A stretch of DNA of 64,000 bases from an uncultured Chloroflexia bacterium (GTDB lineage: Bacteria > Chloroflexota > Limnocylindria > QHBO01): NCBI GenBank assembly GCA_963814375.1, contig CAWFCQ010000008.1, forward strand, positions 224,001 through 288,000. Direction: 5' to 3'. This document shows, piece after piece, positions 23,160-33,353 of the stretch (position 1 is its first letter; each line of letters begins with the position of its first letter). Made by a program: the position numbers and the translations under genes. The notes beneath the pieces were generated by a model. It was not told where the DNA came from and searched no databases. It was given only the letters and a program-made list of their open reading frames with translations.

Positions 23160-25646
23160 ATGGATCGATTCGACAAGTTCACCGATCGAGCGCGGAAGGT
23201 GCTGACGCTCGCCCAGGACGAGGCGCAGCGCTTCAACCACAACTACATCGGTACCGAGCACCTCCTCCTCGGCCTCGTGCGCGAGGGTGAGGGCGTCGCG
23301 GCGCGCGTGCTCGAGAACATGAACGTCGAGCTGTCCAAGGTCCGCACCGCCGTCGAGTTCATCATCGGGCGCGGCGACCGGCCGGTGGTCGGCGAGGTGG
23401 GGCTCACGCCGCGCGCCAAGCGCGTCATCGAGCTCGCCATCGACGAGGCCCGACGGCTCGGGCACAACTACATCGGCACCGAGCACCTGCTGCTCGGCCT
23501 CGTGCGCGAGGGAGAGGGGATCGCGGCCGGCGTGCTCGAGAGCCTCGGAGTCAACCTCGACAAGGTCCGGCACCAGGTCATCCACGTCCTGAGCCAGTCG
23601 AGCAGCACCGCGCCCGCCCAGGAGACGAAGCGGCCGTCGAAGACACCGACCCTCGACCAGCTCGGCATCAACCTGACCGATGCGGCACGCGCCGGCACCC
23701 TCGACCCGGTCATCGGGCGCGAGAAGGAGATCGAGCGGGTCATCCAGATCCTCGGCCGCAAGACGAAGAACAACCCGGCCCTCATCGGCGAGCCCGGGGT
23801 GGGCAAGACGGCGATCGCCGAGGCGCTGGCCCAGCGGATCGTGGCCGGCGACGTGCCGGAGACCCTGACCGACAAGCGGGTCCTGACCCTCGACATCGGC
23901 TCGCTGGTGGCGGGCACGAAGTACCGCGGCGAGTTCGAGGAGCGGCTCAAGAAGATCATCGAGGAGCTGCGCAGCAGCCACGACAGCGTTCTCTTCATCG
24001 ACGAGCTGCACACGCTCGTGGGCGCGGGCGCGGCCGAGGGAGCGATCGATGCGGCGAACATCCTCAAGCCGCCGCTGTCGCGCGGCGAGCTCCAGTGCAT
24101 CGGCGCCACGACGCTCGACGAGTACCGCAAGTACATCGAGAAGGACGCGGCGCTCGAGCGCCGGTTCCAGCCCGTCATGGTCGACGAGCCGACGGTCGAC
24201 GAGGCCATCGACATTCTCTTCGGGATCCGCGAGCGCTACGAGGAGCACCACCACGTCAAGATCAGCGACGAGGCGCTGCGCTCCGCGGTCGACCTGAGCG
24301 TCCGCTACGTCGCGGATCGCGCCCTGCCCGACAAGGCGATCGACCTGGTCGACGAGGCGGGATCGCGGGTTCGCCTGCGCAACGCATCGGCGCCGGCGGA
24401 GATCAAGACGGCCCAGCTCGCGCTGGAGGAGGTCACGCAGCGCAAGGACGAGGCGATCGCCGGCCAGGACTACGAGGCGGCCGCCCGGCTGCGCGACGAG
24501 GAGGGGCAGGCCAAGGAGGCGATCGAGCAGCTGCGCGAGAAGTGGCACGCCGACCAGTCGAAGGAGACGCCGGTCGTCACCGACGAGGACATCGCCCAGG
24601 TCGTCAGCATGTGGACCGGCATCCCGGTCATCCGGATCAGCGCCGAGGAGTCGGAGCGCCTCCTGCACATGGAGGACGCCATCCATGGCCGCGTCATCGG
24701 CCAGCAGGAGGCGATCGCGACGATCAGCAAGGCGGTGCGAAGGGCGCGCGCCGGACTCAAGGATCCGAAGCGGCCGATCGGCTCCTTCATCTTCATGGGC
24801 CCGACGGGCACCGGTAAGACGCTGCTGGCGCGGGCGCTCGCCGAGTTCCTGTTCGGCTCGGAGGACGCGCTCATCAAGATCGACATGAGCGAGTTCATGG
24901 AGCGCCACAACGTGTCGCGCCTGGTCGGCGCCCCGCCCGGCTACGTCGGCTACGACGAGGGCGGCCAGCTGACCGAGGCGGTGCGGCGCAAGAGCTACTC
25001 GGTCGTCGTCCTCGACGAGATCGAGAAGGCGCACCCCGAGGTCTTCAACATCCTCCTCCAGATCCTGGAGGACGGGCACCTGACCGATGCCAAGGGGCGC
25101 CGCGTCGACTTCCGCAACACGGTCATCATCATGACCAGCAACATCGGCGCGCAGCAGATGCAGCGCGACTCGTCGATCGGGTTCCGCGCCGGCGCGGCCG
25201 GGGAGGCCGCCCAGGCTGCCGCGGACTACGACCGCATGAAGGAGAAGGTGCTCGGCGAGCTGAAGAACACCTTCCGGCCGGAGTTCCTGAACCGCATCGA
25301 CGCCACCGTGGTCTTCCGATCGCTCACCCGGGAGGAGATCCGCGAGATCGTCGACCTGCTCCTGAAGCGGGTGAAGGACCAGCTCGCCGGCCAGGAGATG
25401 GAGCTCCAGGTCACCGATGCGGCCAAGGACGCCATCATCGTCAAGGGCTACGACCAGGCCTACGGCGCCCGTCCGCTGCGGCGCGAGATCCAGAACCAGA
25501 TCGAGGATCCGCTGGCCGAGCGGATGCTGCAGGCGAGCTTCGAGCCGGGCGACACGATCATCGTCGACGCCGGCCCGGAGGGCGAGCTCACGATCGAGCG
25601 TGCCGCGCCGCCGGCGAAGCGCCAGGCCGCCAAGGCCGGGCGATAA
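23160..25646 (+). CDS. clpC: ATP-dependent Clp protease ATP-binding subunit ClpC
   Basis: Two Clp-N repeats ([13 protein letters not shown]), [11 protein letters not shown] middle domain, [17 protein letters not shown]. Confidence 0.96.
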   Translation: MDRFDKFTDRARKVLTLAQDEAQRFNHNYIGTEHLLLGLVREGEGVAARVLENMNVELSKVRTAVEFIIGRGDRPVVGEVGLTPRAKRVIELAIDEARRLGHNYIGTEHLLLGLVREGEGIAAGVLESLGVNLDKVRHQVIHVLSQSSSTAPAQETKRPSKTPTLDQLGINLTDAARAGTLDPVIGREKEIERVIQILGRKTKNNPALIGEPGVGKTAIAEALAQRIVAGDVPETLTDKRVLTLDIGSLVAGTKYRGEFEERLKKIIEELRSSHDSVLFIDELHTLVGAGAAEGAIDAANILKPPLSRGELQCIGATTLDEYRKYIEKDAALERRFQPVMVDEPTVDEAIDILFGIRERYEEHHHVKISDEALRSAVDLSVRYVADRALPDKAIDLVDEAGSRVRLRNASAPAEIKTAQLALEEVTQRKDEAIAGQDYEAAARLRDEEGQAKEAIEQLREKWHADQSKETPVVTDEDIAQVVSMWTGIPVIRISAEESERLLHMEDAIHGRVIGQQEAIATISKAVRRARAGLKDPKRPIGSFIFMGPTGTGKTLLARALAEFLFGSEDALIKIDMSEFMERHNVSRLVGAPPGYVGYDEGGQLTEAVRRKSYSVVVLDEIEKAHPEVFNILLQILEDGHLTDAKGRRVDFRNTVIIMTSNIGAQQMQRDSSIGFRAGAAGEAAQAAADYDRMKEKVLGELKNTFRPEFLNRIDATVVFRSLTREEIREIVDLLLKRVKDQLAGQEMELQVTDAAKDAIIVKGYDQAYGARPLRREIQNQIEDPLAERMLQASFEPGDTIIVDAGPEGELTIERAAPPAKRQAAKAGR

Positions 25647-25738
25647 GCGCCGCGTAAGGGCGCGGTAACCGGTCCGATGTCACGATAGACGCGGACCGCG
25701 TCCGAGTCGTCATCAACCAGCCCCGCCTGAGGCTCCGA

Positions 25739-27112
25739 GTGCCCGCCGTCAAGACCGCCTACCTGTGCCAGCAGTGCGGCGCAGCGTCGCCCAAATGGGC
25801 CGGTCAGTGCCCCGGCTGCGGAGCGTGGAACACCCTCGTCGAGACGGTCGCTGCCCCGAGCGCCTCCCGCAGCCGGCCATCGTCGGCGGCGCGTGCCATG
25901 GCGGGGCTCGCTGCGGTGACTCCCATCGGCGCCGTCACCAGCGCAGAGGCTGACCGGCTTCGCTCCGGGATCGGCGAGGTGGACCGCGTGCTCGGCGGAG
26001 GCTTCGTCCCCGGCTCGATCGCCCTCTTCGGCGGCGATCCGGGCATCGGCAAGTCGACGCTGCTGCTTCAGCTGGCGGGGCGGCTGGCGGAAGGCGGTGG
26101 CTCGGTGCTGTACGTCACCGGCGAGGAGTCCGCCGCACAGGTCCGTGGGCGTGCCGAGCGCATCGGCGCCGTGGTCGACGGGCTCCAGCTGGCGGCGACC
26201 ACAGATCTCGAGACCGCGCTCGCGGCGATCGACGCCAGCAAGCCGGCGCTGGCGGTGGTGGACAGCGTTCAAACGCTCACCAGCGCCGAGCTCAGCGGGC
26301 CGGCCGGCAGCGTGGGTCAGGTTCGCGAGGTGGCCGCACGCCTGGCGGAAGCGGCGAAGACGAGCGGCACCTGCGTCGCGCTCGTCGGCCATGTCACAAA
26401 GGAGGGAACGGTCGCCGGTCCTCGCACCCTCGAGCATCTCGTCGATGCCGTCATCTACCTCGAGGGGGAGCGGCTCGGCGCGACGCGCCTGCTCCGTGCG
26501 GCGAAGAACCGGTATGGCTCGACCGACGAGGTCGGGGTGCTCGAGATGCGTGGCGACGGCCTGGCCGAGGTGGACGACGCGAGCCGGTTCTTCCTCGAGT
26601 CGGACGAGTCGCCGACCGCGGGTGCGGCGATCACGATCGCCCTGGAGGGGACCCGGCCCCTGGCGGTCGAGATCCAGGCGCTCTGCGCGCCCGCTGGCTA
26701 CGGCTCCCCTCGTCGTGCGACCACCGGAATCGACGTCAATCGCGTCCTCATGCTGATCGCGGTGCTGGCCCGCCACGCCGGCCTGAACCTCACCGGCCAC
26801 GACGTGTACGTCAATGTGGCCGGCGGCCTGCGGATCGACGAGCCCGCCGCGGACCTCGCCGTGGCCACGGCCCTCGCCTCGAGCCTGCGTGAGCGACCGG
26901 TCGTCGCCGCCACGGTGCTGGCGGGGGAGGTTGCCCTCTCCGGACGCCTTCGCGCGGCCGCGCGCGCCGAGCGTCGCCTGCTCGAGGCCACGCGCCTCGG
27001 GTTCGATCGGCTCATCACGGGCCCGACCCGTGGCGGGGAGAACGACGGGCGGCGCGGGCTGGCGGTGGCCCGCGACATTCGCGAGGCGCTCGGCGTGGCG
27101 CTGGAGACCTGA
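25739..27112 (+). CDS. radA: DNA repair protein RadA/Sms
   Basis: C4 zinc finger, GDPGIGKST, KNRYG, Lon-like C-terminal domain. Confidence 0.97.
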   Translation: MPAVKTAYLCQQCGAASPKWAGQCPGCGAWNTLVETVAAPSASRSRPSSAARAMAGLAAVTPIGAVTSAEADRLRSGIGEVDRVLGGGFVPGSIALFGGDPGIGKSTLLLQLAGRLAEGGGSVLYVTGEESAAQVRGRAERIGAVVDGLQLAATTDLETALAAIDASKPALAVVDSVQTLTSAELSGPAGSVGQVREVAARLAEAAKTSGTCVALVGHVTKEGTVAGPRTLEHLVDAVIYLEGERLGATRLLRAAKNRYGSTDEVGVLEMRGDGLAEVDDASRFFLESDESPTAGAAITIALEGTRPLAVEIQALCAPAGYGSPRRATTGIDVNRVLMLIAVLARHAGLNLTGHDVYVNVAGGLRIDEPAADLAVATALASSLRERPVVAATVLAGEVALSGRLRAAARAERRLLEATRLGFDRLITGPTRGGENDGRRGLAVARDIREALGVALET

Positions 27113-27241
27113 CCCACCCCGTACGATCGTGGACGTCGTGAGGGGCGCGTGCTAAGGTGCACGCCGTCCGGGGCCCGGCCGCTTCATCTCACTTCATTCG
27201 GGCGGATCCCAGGCTGATCATCCACCGCACTCATCGGGAAC

Positions 27242-28294
27242 ATGAACCGCATCGTTCAGCTCACGGGTGCCCTCCTGGGCACCCTGTTCGGCTTCGCGCT
27301 GGGGCTGGCCCTCCTTCAGCGTGCCGGCGACCTCATCGAACCGGCCAATCGTCCGGCGTTTCTCACCGCGTTCGTGGTGGCGACGCTGCTGTTCGGCTAC
27401 CTCGCGATCCCGTACGTGACCATCTATCCGGTCCGGCGTGCGGTCGAGAAGCTGTCGGAGGCCGGCGCCGGCGAGTTCGCCCTCGGCGTTGGCGCGATCG
27501 TCGTCGGGCTCCTCATGGGCGTCCTCATCGGTGTGCCCCTCGCTCAGGTCGGAGGCACGCTGGGGTCGCTTGGCCCGCCGGTGGTCGCCATCTTCCTGGC
27601 GGCGATGATGCTCATCATCACGATGTCGAAGCGGGACGTCCTGCTTCCTGCCATCACCGGCATCGTGCCCGGCGTGCGACCGCGTGGGATGACGAACCGC
27701 GTCGTGATCGACACGAGCGCGATCATCGATGGCCGCATCGCCGATATCTCCGCCACCGGCTTCATCCTCGGGACGTTGATCGTGCCGCGGTTCGTGCTCG
27801 ACGAGCTCCAGCGCATCGCCGACTCACCTGACGCGATGCGCCGCAACCGCGGACGCCGCGGCCTCGAGATGCTCTCGGCACTTCAGAAGGACGCCGTCTC
27901 GCCGGTCGAGATCAGCGAGGCCACCTACCCCGAGGTCGCGGAGGTGGATGCAAAGCTGATGGCCTACGCGCGCGACAACGGCGCGGCAATCCTCACCAAC
28001 GACTACAACCTCAACAAGGTCGCGGATCTCCAGGGGATTCGCGTCCTGAACATCAACGAGCTTGCCAACGCCGTGAAGTCGGTGGTGCATCCTGGCGAGG
28101 AGATGAGGGTGCGCATCATCCAGGAGGGCAAGGAGACGGGGCAGGGCGTCGGCTATCTCGACGACGGCACGATGATCGTGGTCGAGGGAGGCGTCCGCTT
28201 CATGGACAAGGAGGTCCCGATCAACGTCACGCGCGTCCTTCAGACGGTCGCGGGGCGGATGATCTTCGCGCAGCCTCGCGGCGAGGCGGAGTGA
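27242..28294 (+). CDS. Membrane PIN/TRAM-domain protein (YacL-like)
   Basis: 4 TM segments, DTSAIIDGRI, RGRRGL, TNDYNLNKVA, QGVGYLDDGTMIVVE. Confidence 0.93.
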   Translation: MNRIVQLTGALLGTLFGFALGLALLQRAGDLIEPANRPAFLTAFVVATLLFGYLAIPYVTIYPVRRAVEKLSEAGAGEFALGVGAIVVGLLMGVLIGVPLAQVGGTLGSLGPPVVAIFLAAMMLIITMSKRDVLLPAITGIVPGVRPRGMTNRVVIDTSAIIDGRIADISATGFILGTLIVPRFVLDELQRIADSPDAMRRNRGRRGLEMLSALQKDAVSPVEISEATYPEVAEVDAKLMAYARDNGAAILTNDYNLNKVADLQGIRVLNINELANAVKSVVHPGEEMRVRIIQEGKETGQGVGYLDDGTMIVVEGGVRFMDKEVPINVTRVLQTVAGRMIFAQPRGEAE

Positions 28295-28310
28295 CGCGGC
28301 GCCCGGTCCG

Positions 28311-29510
28311 ATGAGCGGCTCATACGCGGCGATTCTTGTTGCGGCCGGGCGGAGCACGCGGATGGGCAGCGACAAGCTGTGGGCGGACCTGTGGGGACGC
28401 CCGACCTGGCGCTGGAGCCTCGACACGCTGCTCGCAGCGGCCGAGCTCGAGCGACTCGCGATCGCGGTTCCACCTGAACAGCTTCAACGGTTCACCGACG
28501 CGCTCCCGCCCTCGGCCGATCGATGCCTCGTCGTGGCTGGCGGCGAGGGGCGAGCCGACTCGGTGATCGCGGGCCTATCCGCGTTGAGCGCGGCCGGCCT
28601 GGCGGACGACACCCTCGTGCTCGTCCACGACGCTGCGCGTCCCGCCCTTACGCCAGAGCTCGTCGCGAGCGTCGCCGATGCGGCTGCGGCGTTCGACGGA
28701 GCGGTCGTCCCCGTCATCCCGGTCGTCGACTCCCTCAAGCGGGTACGGAACGAGCGCGTCGTTGCCCCGGTCGAGCGCGACGAGGTCGCGGCCGCGCAGA
28801 CGCCCCAGGCCGCGCGCCTCGGTGCCCTGCGGGCGGCGATCGAGGAGGCGCATGCGTGGGGCCGGCCGATCACCGACGATGGCGGAGCCCTTGCCGCTGC
28901 CGGGGTGCCGGTGCGGGTGGTCGCCGGCGACCCGGCCAACCGCAAGCTGACCGACCCGGCCGATCTCGTGACGATGCGTGCCGCGCTCGCGATGCGCGCT
29001 ACCGGCCTCGTGGCGGGGGCGCAGGCCGAAGCGGGCCACCGCGTCGGGATCGGCTTCGACGCTCACCGCCTGGTCGCTGGTCGGCCGATGGTCATCGGCG
29101 GCGTTGCCTTCACCGATGAGGCGCGGGGCCCCGAGGGCCACTCGGACGGCGACGCCGCGCTGCACGCCCTGATCGACGCGCTGCTCGGCGCGGTCGCGCT
29201 CGGTGACGTCGGAACGCTCTTCCCGGCCGGCGAGGCCTGGGCCGGAGCCGACTCGGCGGACCTCACCTCGCACGCGGTGCGGCGCCTGGCCGAGGGGGGA
29301 TGGCGCCCGTTCAGCGCGGCGCTCAGCGTCGTGATTCGCCGACCGGCGATCGCTCCGCGCCGCGACGACATCGCGGAGCGCATGGCCGCTCTGCTCGGGA
29401 TCGAGGCCGGCGCGGTCTCCGTCACGGGCACCACGTCCGACGGCCTCGGTTTCGCCGGTGAGGAGGGTCTTGCAGCCTGGGCCGTGACAACGGTCGAGCC
29501 GATCGCGTGA
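28311..29510 (+). CDS. ispDF: Bifunctional IspD/IspF (MEP pathway)
   Basis: AAGRSTRMG, VHDAARP, QTPQ, ITDD; then RVGIGFDAHRL, GHSDGD, GDVG. Confidence 0.93.
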   Translation: MSGSYAAILVAAGRSTRMGSDKLWADLWGRPTWRWSLDTLLAAAELERLAIAVPPEQLQRFTDALPPSADRCLVVAGGEGRADSVIAGLSALSAAGLADDTLVLVHDAARPALTPELVASVADAAAAFDGAVVPVIPVVDSLKRVRNERVVAPVERDEVAAAQTPQAARLGALRAAIEEAHAWGRPITDDGGALAAAGVPVRVVAGDPANRKLTDPADLVTMRAALAMRATGLVAGAQAEAGHRVGIGFDAHRLVAGRPMVIGGVAFTDEARGPEGHSDGDAALHALIDALLGAVALGDVGTLFPAGEAWAGADSADLTSHAVRRLAEGGWRPFSAALSVVIRRPAIAPRRDDIAERMAALLGIEAGAVSVTGTTSDGLGFAGEEGLAAWAVTTVEPIA

Positions 29511-30241
29511 GCGAGTGGATCGGCGGGAGGCGCCCGGTGGCGGAGGCGCTGGCCGCCGGCCGCGAGGCACATCGGCTGCTGATCTCGGCATCGGCCAGGC
29601 CGTCGCCGGAGCTGCGAGCGATCACCGATGCCGCCCGCCGCCTCGGCCTGCCGACGGACCGCGTGCCGGCCGATCAGCTGACCAGGATCGGCGCGTTTGA
29701 CGGCCACCAGGGCGTGCTGCTGGAGGTGGGGGAGCGTCGGTTTGCCGACCTGCCCGAGATGCTGGCCACGTCGCGCGCGGCGGGACACGACCCCTTCGTC
29801 CTCGTCCTCGAGCATCTCCAGGACCCGACGAATTTCGGCACCCTCTTGCGCTCGGCCGAGGCCGCCGGGGTGGACGGCGTCGTCTTCCCGGAGCGGGGAG
29901 CGGCCCCGCTCAGCGCGGCCGCGGTCAAGGCCAGCGCCGGGGCCAGCGAGCACTTGCTGCTCGCGCGCCTGCCGACGATCGGCGACGCAATCCATGACCT
30001 GAAGACCGCGGGGCTGCGGCTCGTGGCCGCCGACCAGGAGGCGCCTGCATCGGCCTGGGAGAGCGACCTCACCGGCCCGATGGCGCTCGTCGTCGGTAGC
30101 GAGGGGAGCGGCCTCTCTGGCGCAACGAAGCGCCGATGCGACCTGCTCGTCAGCTTCCCGATGGCCGGGCGCGTGGCCAGCCTCAACGCATCGACGGCCG
30201 GCGCGCTGCTGCTGTTCGAGGTGGTCCGCCAGCGTCGCTGA
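29507..30241 (+). CDS. rlmB: 23S rRNA G2251 2'-O-methyltransferase
   Basis: HQGV, LQDPTNFGTLLRSA, KASAGA, VGSEGSG, SLNAS. Confidence 0.92.
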   Translation: MSEWIGGRRPVAEALAAGREAHRLLISASARPSPELRAITDAARRLGLPTDRVPADQLTRIGAFDGHQGVLLEVGERRFADLPEMLATSRAAGHDPFVLVLEHLQDPTNFGTLLRSAEAAGVDGVVFPERGAAPLSAAAVKASAGASEHLLLARLPTIGDAIHDLKTAGLRLVAADQEAPASAWESDLTGPMALVVGSEGSGLSGATKRRCDLLVSFPMAGRVASLNASTAGALLLFEVVRQRR

Positions 30242-30275
30242 GTCCGACCAACGGCGGGATACAATCGCCCGGCGC

Positions 30276-30350
30276 GCCGAGGTAGCTCAATGGCAGAGCA
30301 TCGGTTTTGTAAACCGACGGTTGTGGGTTCGACTCCCACCCTCGGCTCCA
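30276..30350 (+). tRNA. tRNA-Thr(TGT)
   Basis: Anticodon arm TCGGT-TTTGTAA-ACCGA; CCA. Confidence 0.96.
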
Positions 30351-30426
30351 TCGGTTGAGGGCCTTCGGAGCCTTCGATATACTCCGGCACTGGGCGGCGA
30401 CACACCACGCGCCGGCCGGACCGCAT

Positions 30427-30512
30427 GGGTAGGTTGAGCAGGTGGTGAGCTCCGCTGACTGTAGATCAGCCGTCTTTCGACTGTGGGGGTTCGATTCCCT
30501 CCCTGCCCACCA
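30427..30512 (+). tRNA. tRNA-Tyr(GTA)
   Basis: Anticodon arm GCTGA-CTGTAGA-TCAGC, variable stem GTC-TTTC-GAC, ACCA. Confidence 0.92.
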
Positions 30513-30658
30513 CGCTTCCCATCCGAAGAGCCATCGAGCCGGTCTCATGAACCTCGGCCTGCGACCGAGATTTGCCAAGATTGACCGATGGTTGCCCAGG
30601 ATCCGCTGATCCTGCGACACTGCGCGCATCCGCCGACCGCGGTGGCGCGCCGAGGCGG

Positions 30659-30734
30659 GCCCACGTAGCTCAGCAGGCAGAGCACTTCCTTGGTAAGGAA
30701 GAGGTCTCCGGTTCGAACCCGGACGTGGGCTCCA
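30659..30734 (+). tRNA. tRNA-Thr(GGT)
   Basis: Anticodon arm CTTCC-TTGGTAA-GGAAG; CCA. Confidence 0.96.
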
Positions 30735-30768
30735 GCACCCGTCGCGCCCGGTGTCATGGCCTTCGGAG

Positions 30769-31830
30769 ATGACCGCGACCTTGGATCTCAACGTCGTCCT
30801 GCCGTTCCTGAGCTCGGCGCTCTCGTTCGTGTTCGCGGCCATGGTCGCCGACCAGTGGATCCAACGCCGCCAGCCGTATCAGCTGGTGTGGGCGGTCGGC
30901 CTCCTCTGGTACGGGATCAGCGCCGGCACCGAGTTCCTCGGCAGCGCCTACGGCTGGAACGAGTCGCTGTACCGCGCGTGGTACCTGTTCGGCGCCTTCG
31001 GCGTGGCCTCCTACCTCGGCCTCGGCACGGTCTACCTGCTCAACCGCACGCGCTTCGGTTACTTCGTCGCCGTCTCGTTCGCCCTAGCCGCGCTCTTCAG
31101 CTTCCTGACCTCGGTCAAGTACGCGCGTGAAGGGACGCCGGCGTCGGATGCGACGATCGTCGCCGTGGTCGCCGTCTCGCTGCTCTCGGCGGTCGCCCTC
31201 GCCGTGGTGACCCGCTTCGCGCGCCGATGGGTGGGCCACACCACGGCCGGGATCCTCGTGGCCGCATCGGTCTTCGTTGCGTGGGCCACGCTGACCGTCC
31301 CGTTGGCGCCACCCGGATACGCCATCGATGGGATCGGCATCCCCGTCGGCTCAGCCATGCCGGCCGACCTGCGGATCCTGACGCCACCCTTCAACATCGT
31401 CGGCGCCTTCGCCCTCGTCTTCGGCGCCGTCTACTCCGCCTACATCTTCATGCCGAAGGCGCGGGTCATGCGGGTGACCACCGACGTCCCGGTGATCGGC
31501 GCCCTCGGCCGTGCGGTCGCCGTGGTCGTGAACTTCGTGGCCTCCATCCCCGGCGCCTGGCGCGCCTTCCGCGCCGGCACCCTCAACTCGCGGGTGCCGG
31601 CGACGCTGCTCATCGCGCTCGGCGGCTTCATTCCCGGATGGACGAGCGGCCTGAGCCGGTTCGGGGTGACCTGGTCGTTCTTCATCGGCGAGCTGATCGG
31701 GGTGGTGCTGATCTTCCTGGGGTTCCTCGTCAGCATCGAGGTCTTCAGCGACGTGCGGCTGCCGTTCACCCACATCGTGCTGCGCCGGCGTGACCGGGGC
31801 GCCTCGAGCGCTGCGACCGAGGGCGGCTGA
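30769..31830 (+). CDS. Hypothetical polytopic membrane protein
   Basis: About 353 aa with many hydrophobic helices and strong GC3 codon bias. Confidence 0.85.
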   Translation: MTATLDLNVVLPFLSSALSFVFAAMVADQWIQRRQPYQLVWAVGLLWYGISAGTEFLGSAYGWNESLYRAWYLFGAFGVASYLGLGTVYLLNRTRFGYFVAVSFALAALFSFLTSVKYAREGTPASDATIVAVVAVSLLSAVALAVVTRFARRWVGHTTAGILVAASVFVAWATLTVPLAPPGYAIDGIGIPVGSAMPADLRILTPPFNIVGAFALVFGAVYSAYIFMPKARVMRVTTDVPVIGALGRAVAVVVNFVASIPGAWRAFRAGTLNSRVPATLLIALGGFIPGWTSGLSRFGVTWSFFIGELIGVVLIFLGFLVSIEVFSDVRLPFTHIVLRRRDRGASSAATEGG

Positions 31831-31850
31831 CGGACCGACCGCGCCAAGCG

Positions 31851-31970
31851 CGCCGATAAATCGGACAGAATTTCACGCGGAGGACCGCTCTCGCGGCGCT
31901 TCGACCGATACATCGGACACGGGTTCACCGGAGCCGAGGCTCGTGTGAAGAAGTGACTCATCTATCGGTC
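31851..31970. repeat. Three CCGAT-NN-ATCGG palindromes at 52-bp spacing
   Basis: Motifs start at 31853, 31905 and 31957 (third degenerate); homologous in inverted orientation to 35765-35884. Confidence 0.75.
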
Positions 31971-32012
31971 AACGGGCTCACCCATCCGTCCGCGCCAAAG
32001 ACACTCGGCTCG

Positions 32013-32042
32013 TTGACTGCGACCGAGCGAGTCGGGTAAGAT
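32013..32042 (+). promoter_or_regulatory. Promoter for rpmG-tRNA(Trp)-secE-nusG
   Basis: TTGACT-18 nt-TAAGAT. Confidence 0.65.
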
Positions 32043-32140
32043 CACACGACCTCCCCCGGTCGCCAGGCTTATTTCAGTGTGGCCGCGGATCAGTTGGATT
32101 CGGCCGACGGGCGCGGGGGACGAAGTAGGAAACGAACCAC

Positions 32141-32305
32141 GTGGCAAAGGCCGAGAATCGAGCTGTGATCTCGCTGGCGTGCACCGTGTGCAAGGAGCGC
32201 ACGTACAGCACCCGGAAGAACAAGCGAAACGACCCGGGGCGCATGGAGCTGAACAAGTTCTGCCCGCGCTGCCGGCAGCACCAGCTGCACCGGGAAACCA
32301 AGTAG
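32141..32305 (+). CDS. rpmG: 50S ribosomal protein L33 (zinc-binding form)
   Basis: Manual translation: [54 protein letters not shown]. Confidence 0.96.
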   Translation: MAKAENRAVISLACTVCKERTYSTRKNKRNDPGRMELNKFCPRCRQHQLHRETK

Positions 32306-32321
32306 CCGTCGCGTTCCGTGT

Positions 32322-32397
32322 AGGGGTGTAGCTCAATTGGTAGAGCACTGGTCTCCAAAACCAGCGGTTGCAGGTTCGAGTCCTGTCGCCCCTGCCA
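32322..32397 (+). tRNA. tRNA-Trp(CCA)
   Basis: Anticodon arm CTGGT-CTCCAAA-ACCAG; canonical position before secE. Confidence 0.97.
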
Positions 32398-32451
32398 CCT
32401 CACGGACGCATCGGCTCGCCATCACGCAGCCATAGGAAGAACCAAGCCATC

Positions 32452-32637
32452 GTGTTGACCGGCGTTCGCCGATACCTGGTCGAGAGCTGGGCCGAGCTCA
32501 AGAAGGTCGCCTGGCCGACTCGCGAGACCGTGATCCGCCTGACCCTCTTGGTCGTGGCCGTCTCGATCGCCGTGGGCCTCTACATCTTCGTGCTGGACAC
32601 CATCTTCAACAACGTGCTCGAGGCACTGCTCCCATGA
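32452..32637 (+). CDS. secE: Preprotein translocase subunit SecE
   Basis: [10 protein letters not shown] followed by a TM helix. Confidence 0.93.
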   Translation: MLTGVRRYLVESWAELKKVAWPTRETVIRLTLLVVAVSIAVGLYIFVLDTIFNNVLEALLP

Positions 32638-33254
32638 CCGACGACATCCAGCAGGAGACCCTGAACGAGGCGCGCGAAGCCGCGCGGCTCTCCCGTGAGG
32701 CACCGCGGCCGGGCGAGATGCCGGCCGGCGACGCGAAGCAGTGGTACGTGATCCACACCTACTCGGGCTACGAGAACAAGGTGAAGGCAAATCTCGAGCA
32801 CCGCATCGAGTCGATGGGCGTGGAGGACCAGATCTTCCAGGTCCTCGTCCCGATGGAGGAGGAGATCGAGATCCGCAACGGCCAGCGCCAGACGGTGAAC
32901 CGCAAGGTGTTCCCGGGCTACGTGCTGGTCGAGATGGCGATGAGCGACGAGTCGTGGTACGTCGTGCGCAACACGCCGGGCGTGACCAGCTTCGTCGGCT
33001 CGGGCAACCGCCCGCTGCCGCTGGACGAGACCGAGGTCAAGAAGATCCTCAAGCAGATGGGGGTCGAGACGCCGAAGTTCAAGGTCCAGTACTCCAAGGG
33101 CCAGAGCGTCCGGGTCAAGGACGGGCCGTTCGCCGAGTTCATCGGCACCGTGGACGAAGTCAACCCGGAGAAGAACAAGGTCAAGGTGCTCGTCAGCATC
33201 TTCGGCCGCGAGACACCCGTCGAGCTCGACTTCCTTCAGATCGAGAAGCTCTAG
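32634..33254 (+). CDS. nusG: Transcription factor NusG
   Basis: [26 protein letters not shown] domain [16 protein letters not shown]. Confidence 0.98.
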   Translation: MTDDIQQETLNEAREAARLSREAPRPGEMPAGDAKQWYVIHTYSGYENKVKANLEHRIESMGVEDQIFQVLVPMEEEIEIRNGQRQTVNRKVFPGYVLVEMAMSDESWYVVRNTPGVTSFVGSGNRPLPLDETEVKKILKQMGVETPKFKVQYSKGQSVRVKDGPFAEFIGTVDEVNPEKNKVKVLVSIFGRETPVELDFLQIEKL

Positions 33255-33308
33255 CAACCGAGACCGATACGGCGCCGATCGGGTCGACCGGGGCGCCGCC
33301 AGCAACGA

Positions 33309-33341
33309 GAGGGAGGGGCGCATCGGCCCCGTCCGGACCTC
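33309..33341 (+). promoter_or_regulatory. Putative L1-binding autoregulatory hairpin in the rplK leader
   Basis: GAGG-GAG-GGGC...GCCC...GA-CCTC asymmetric stem directly before the rplK SD. Confidence 0.35.
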
Positions 33342-33353
33342 GAGAGGAGACAC

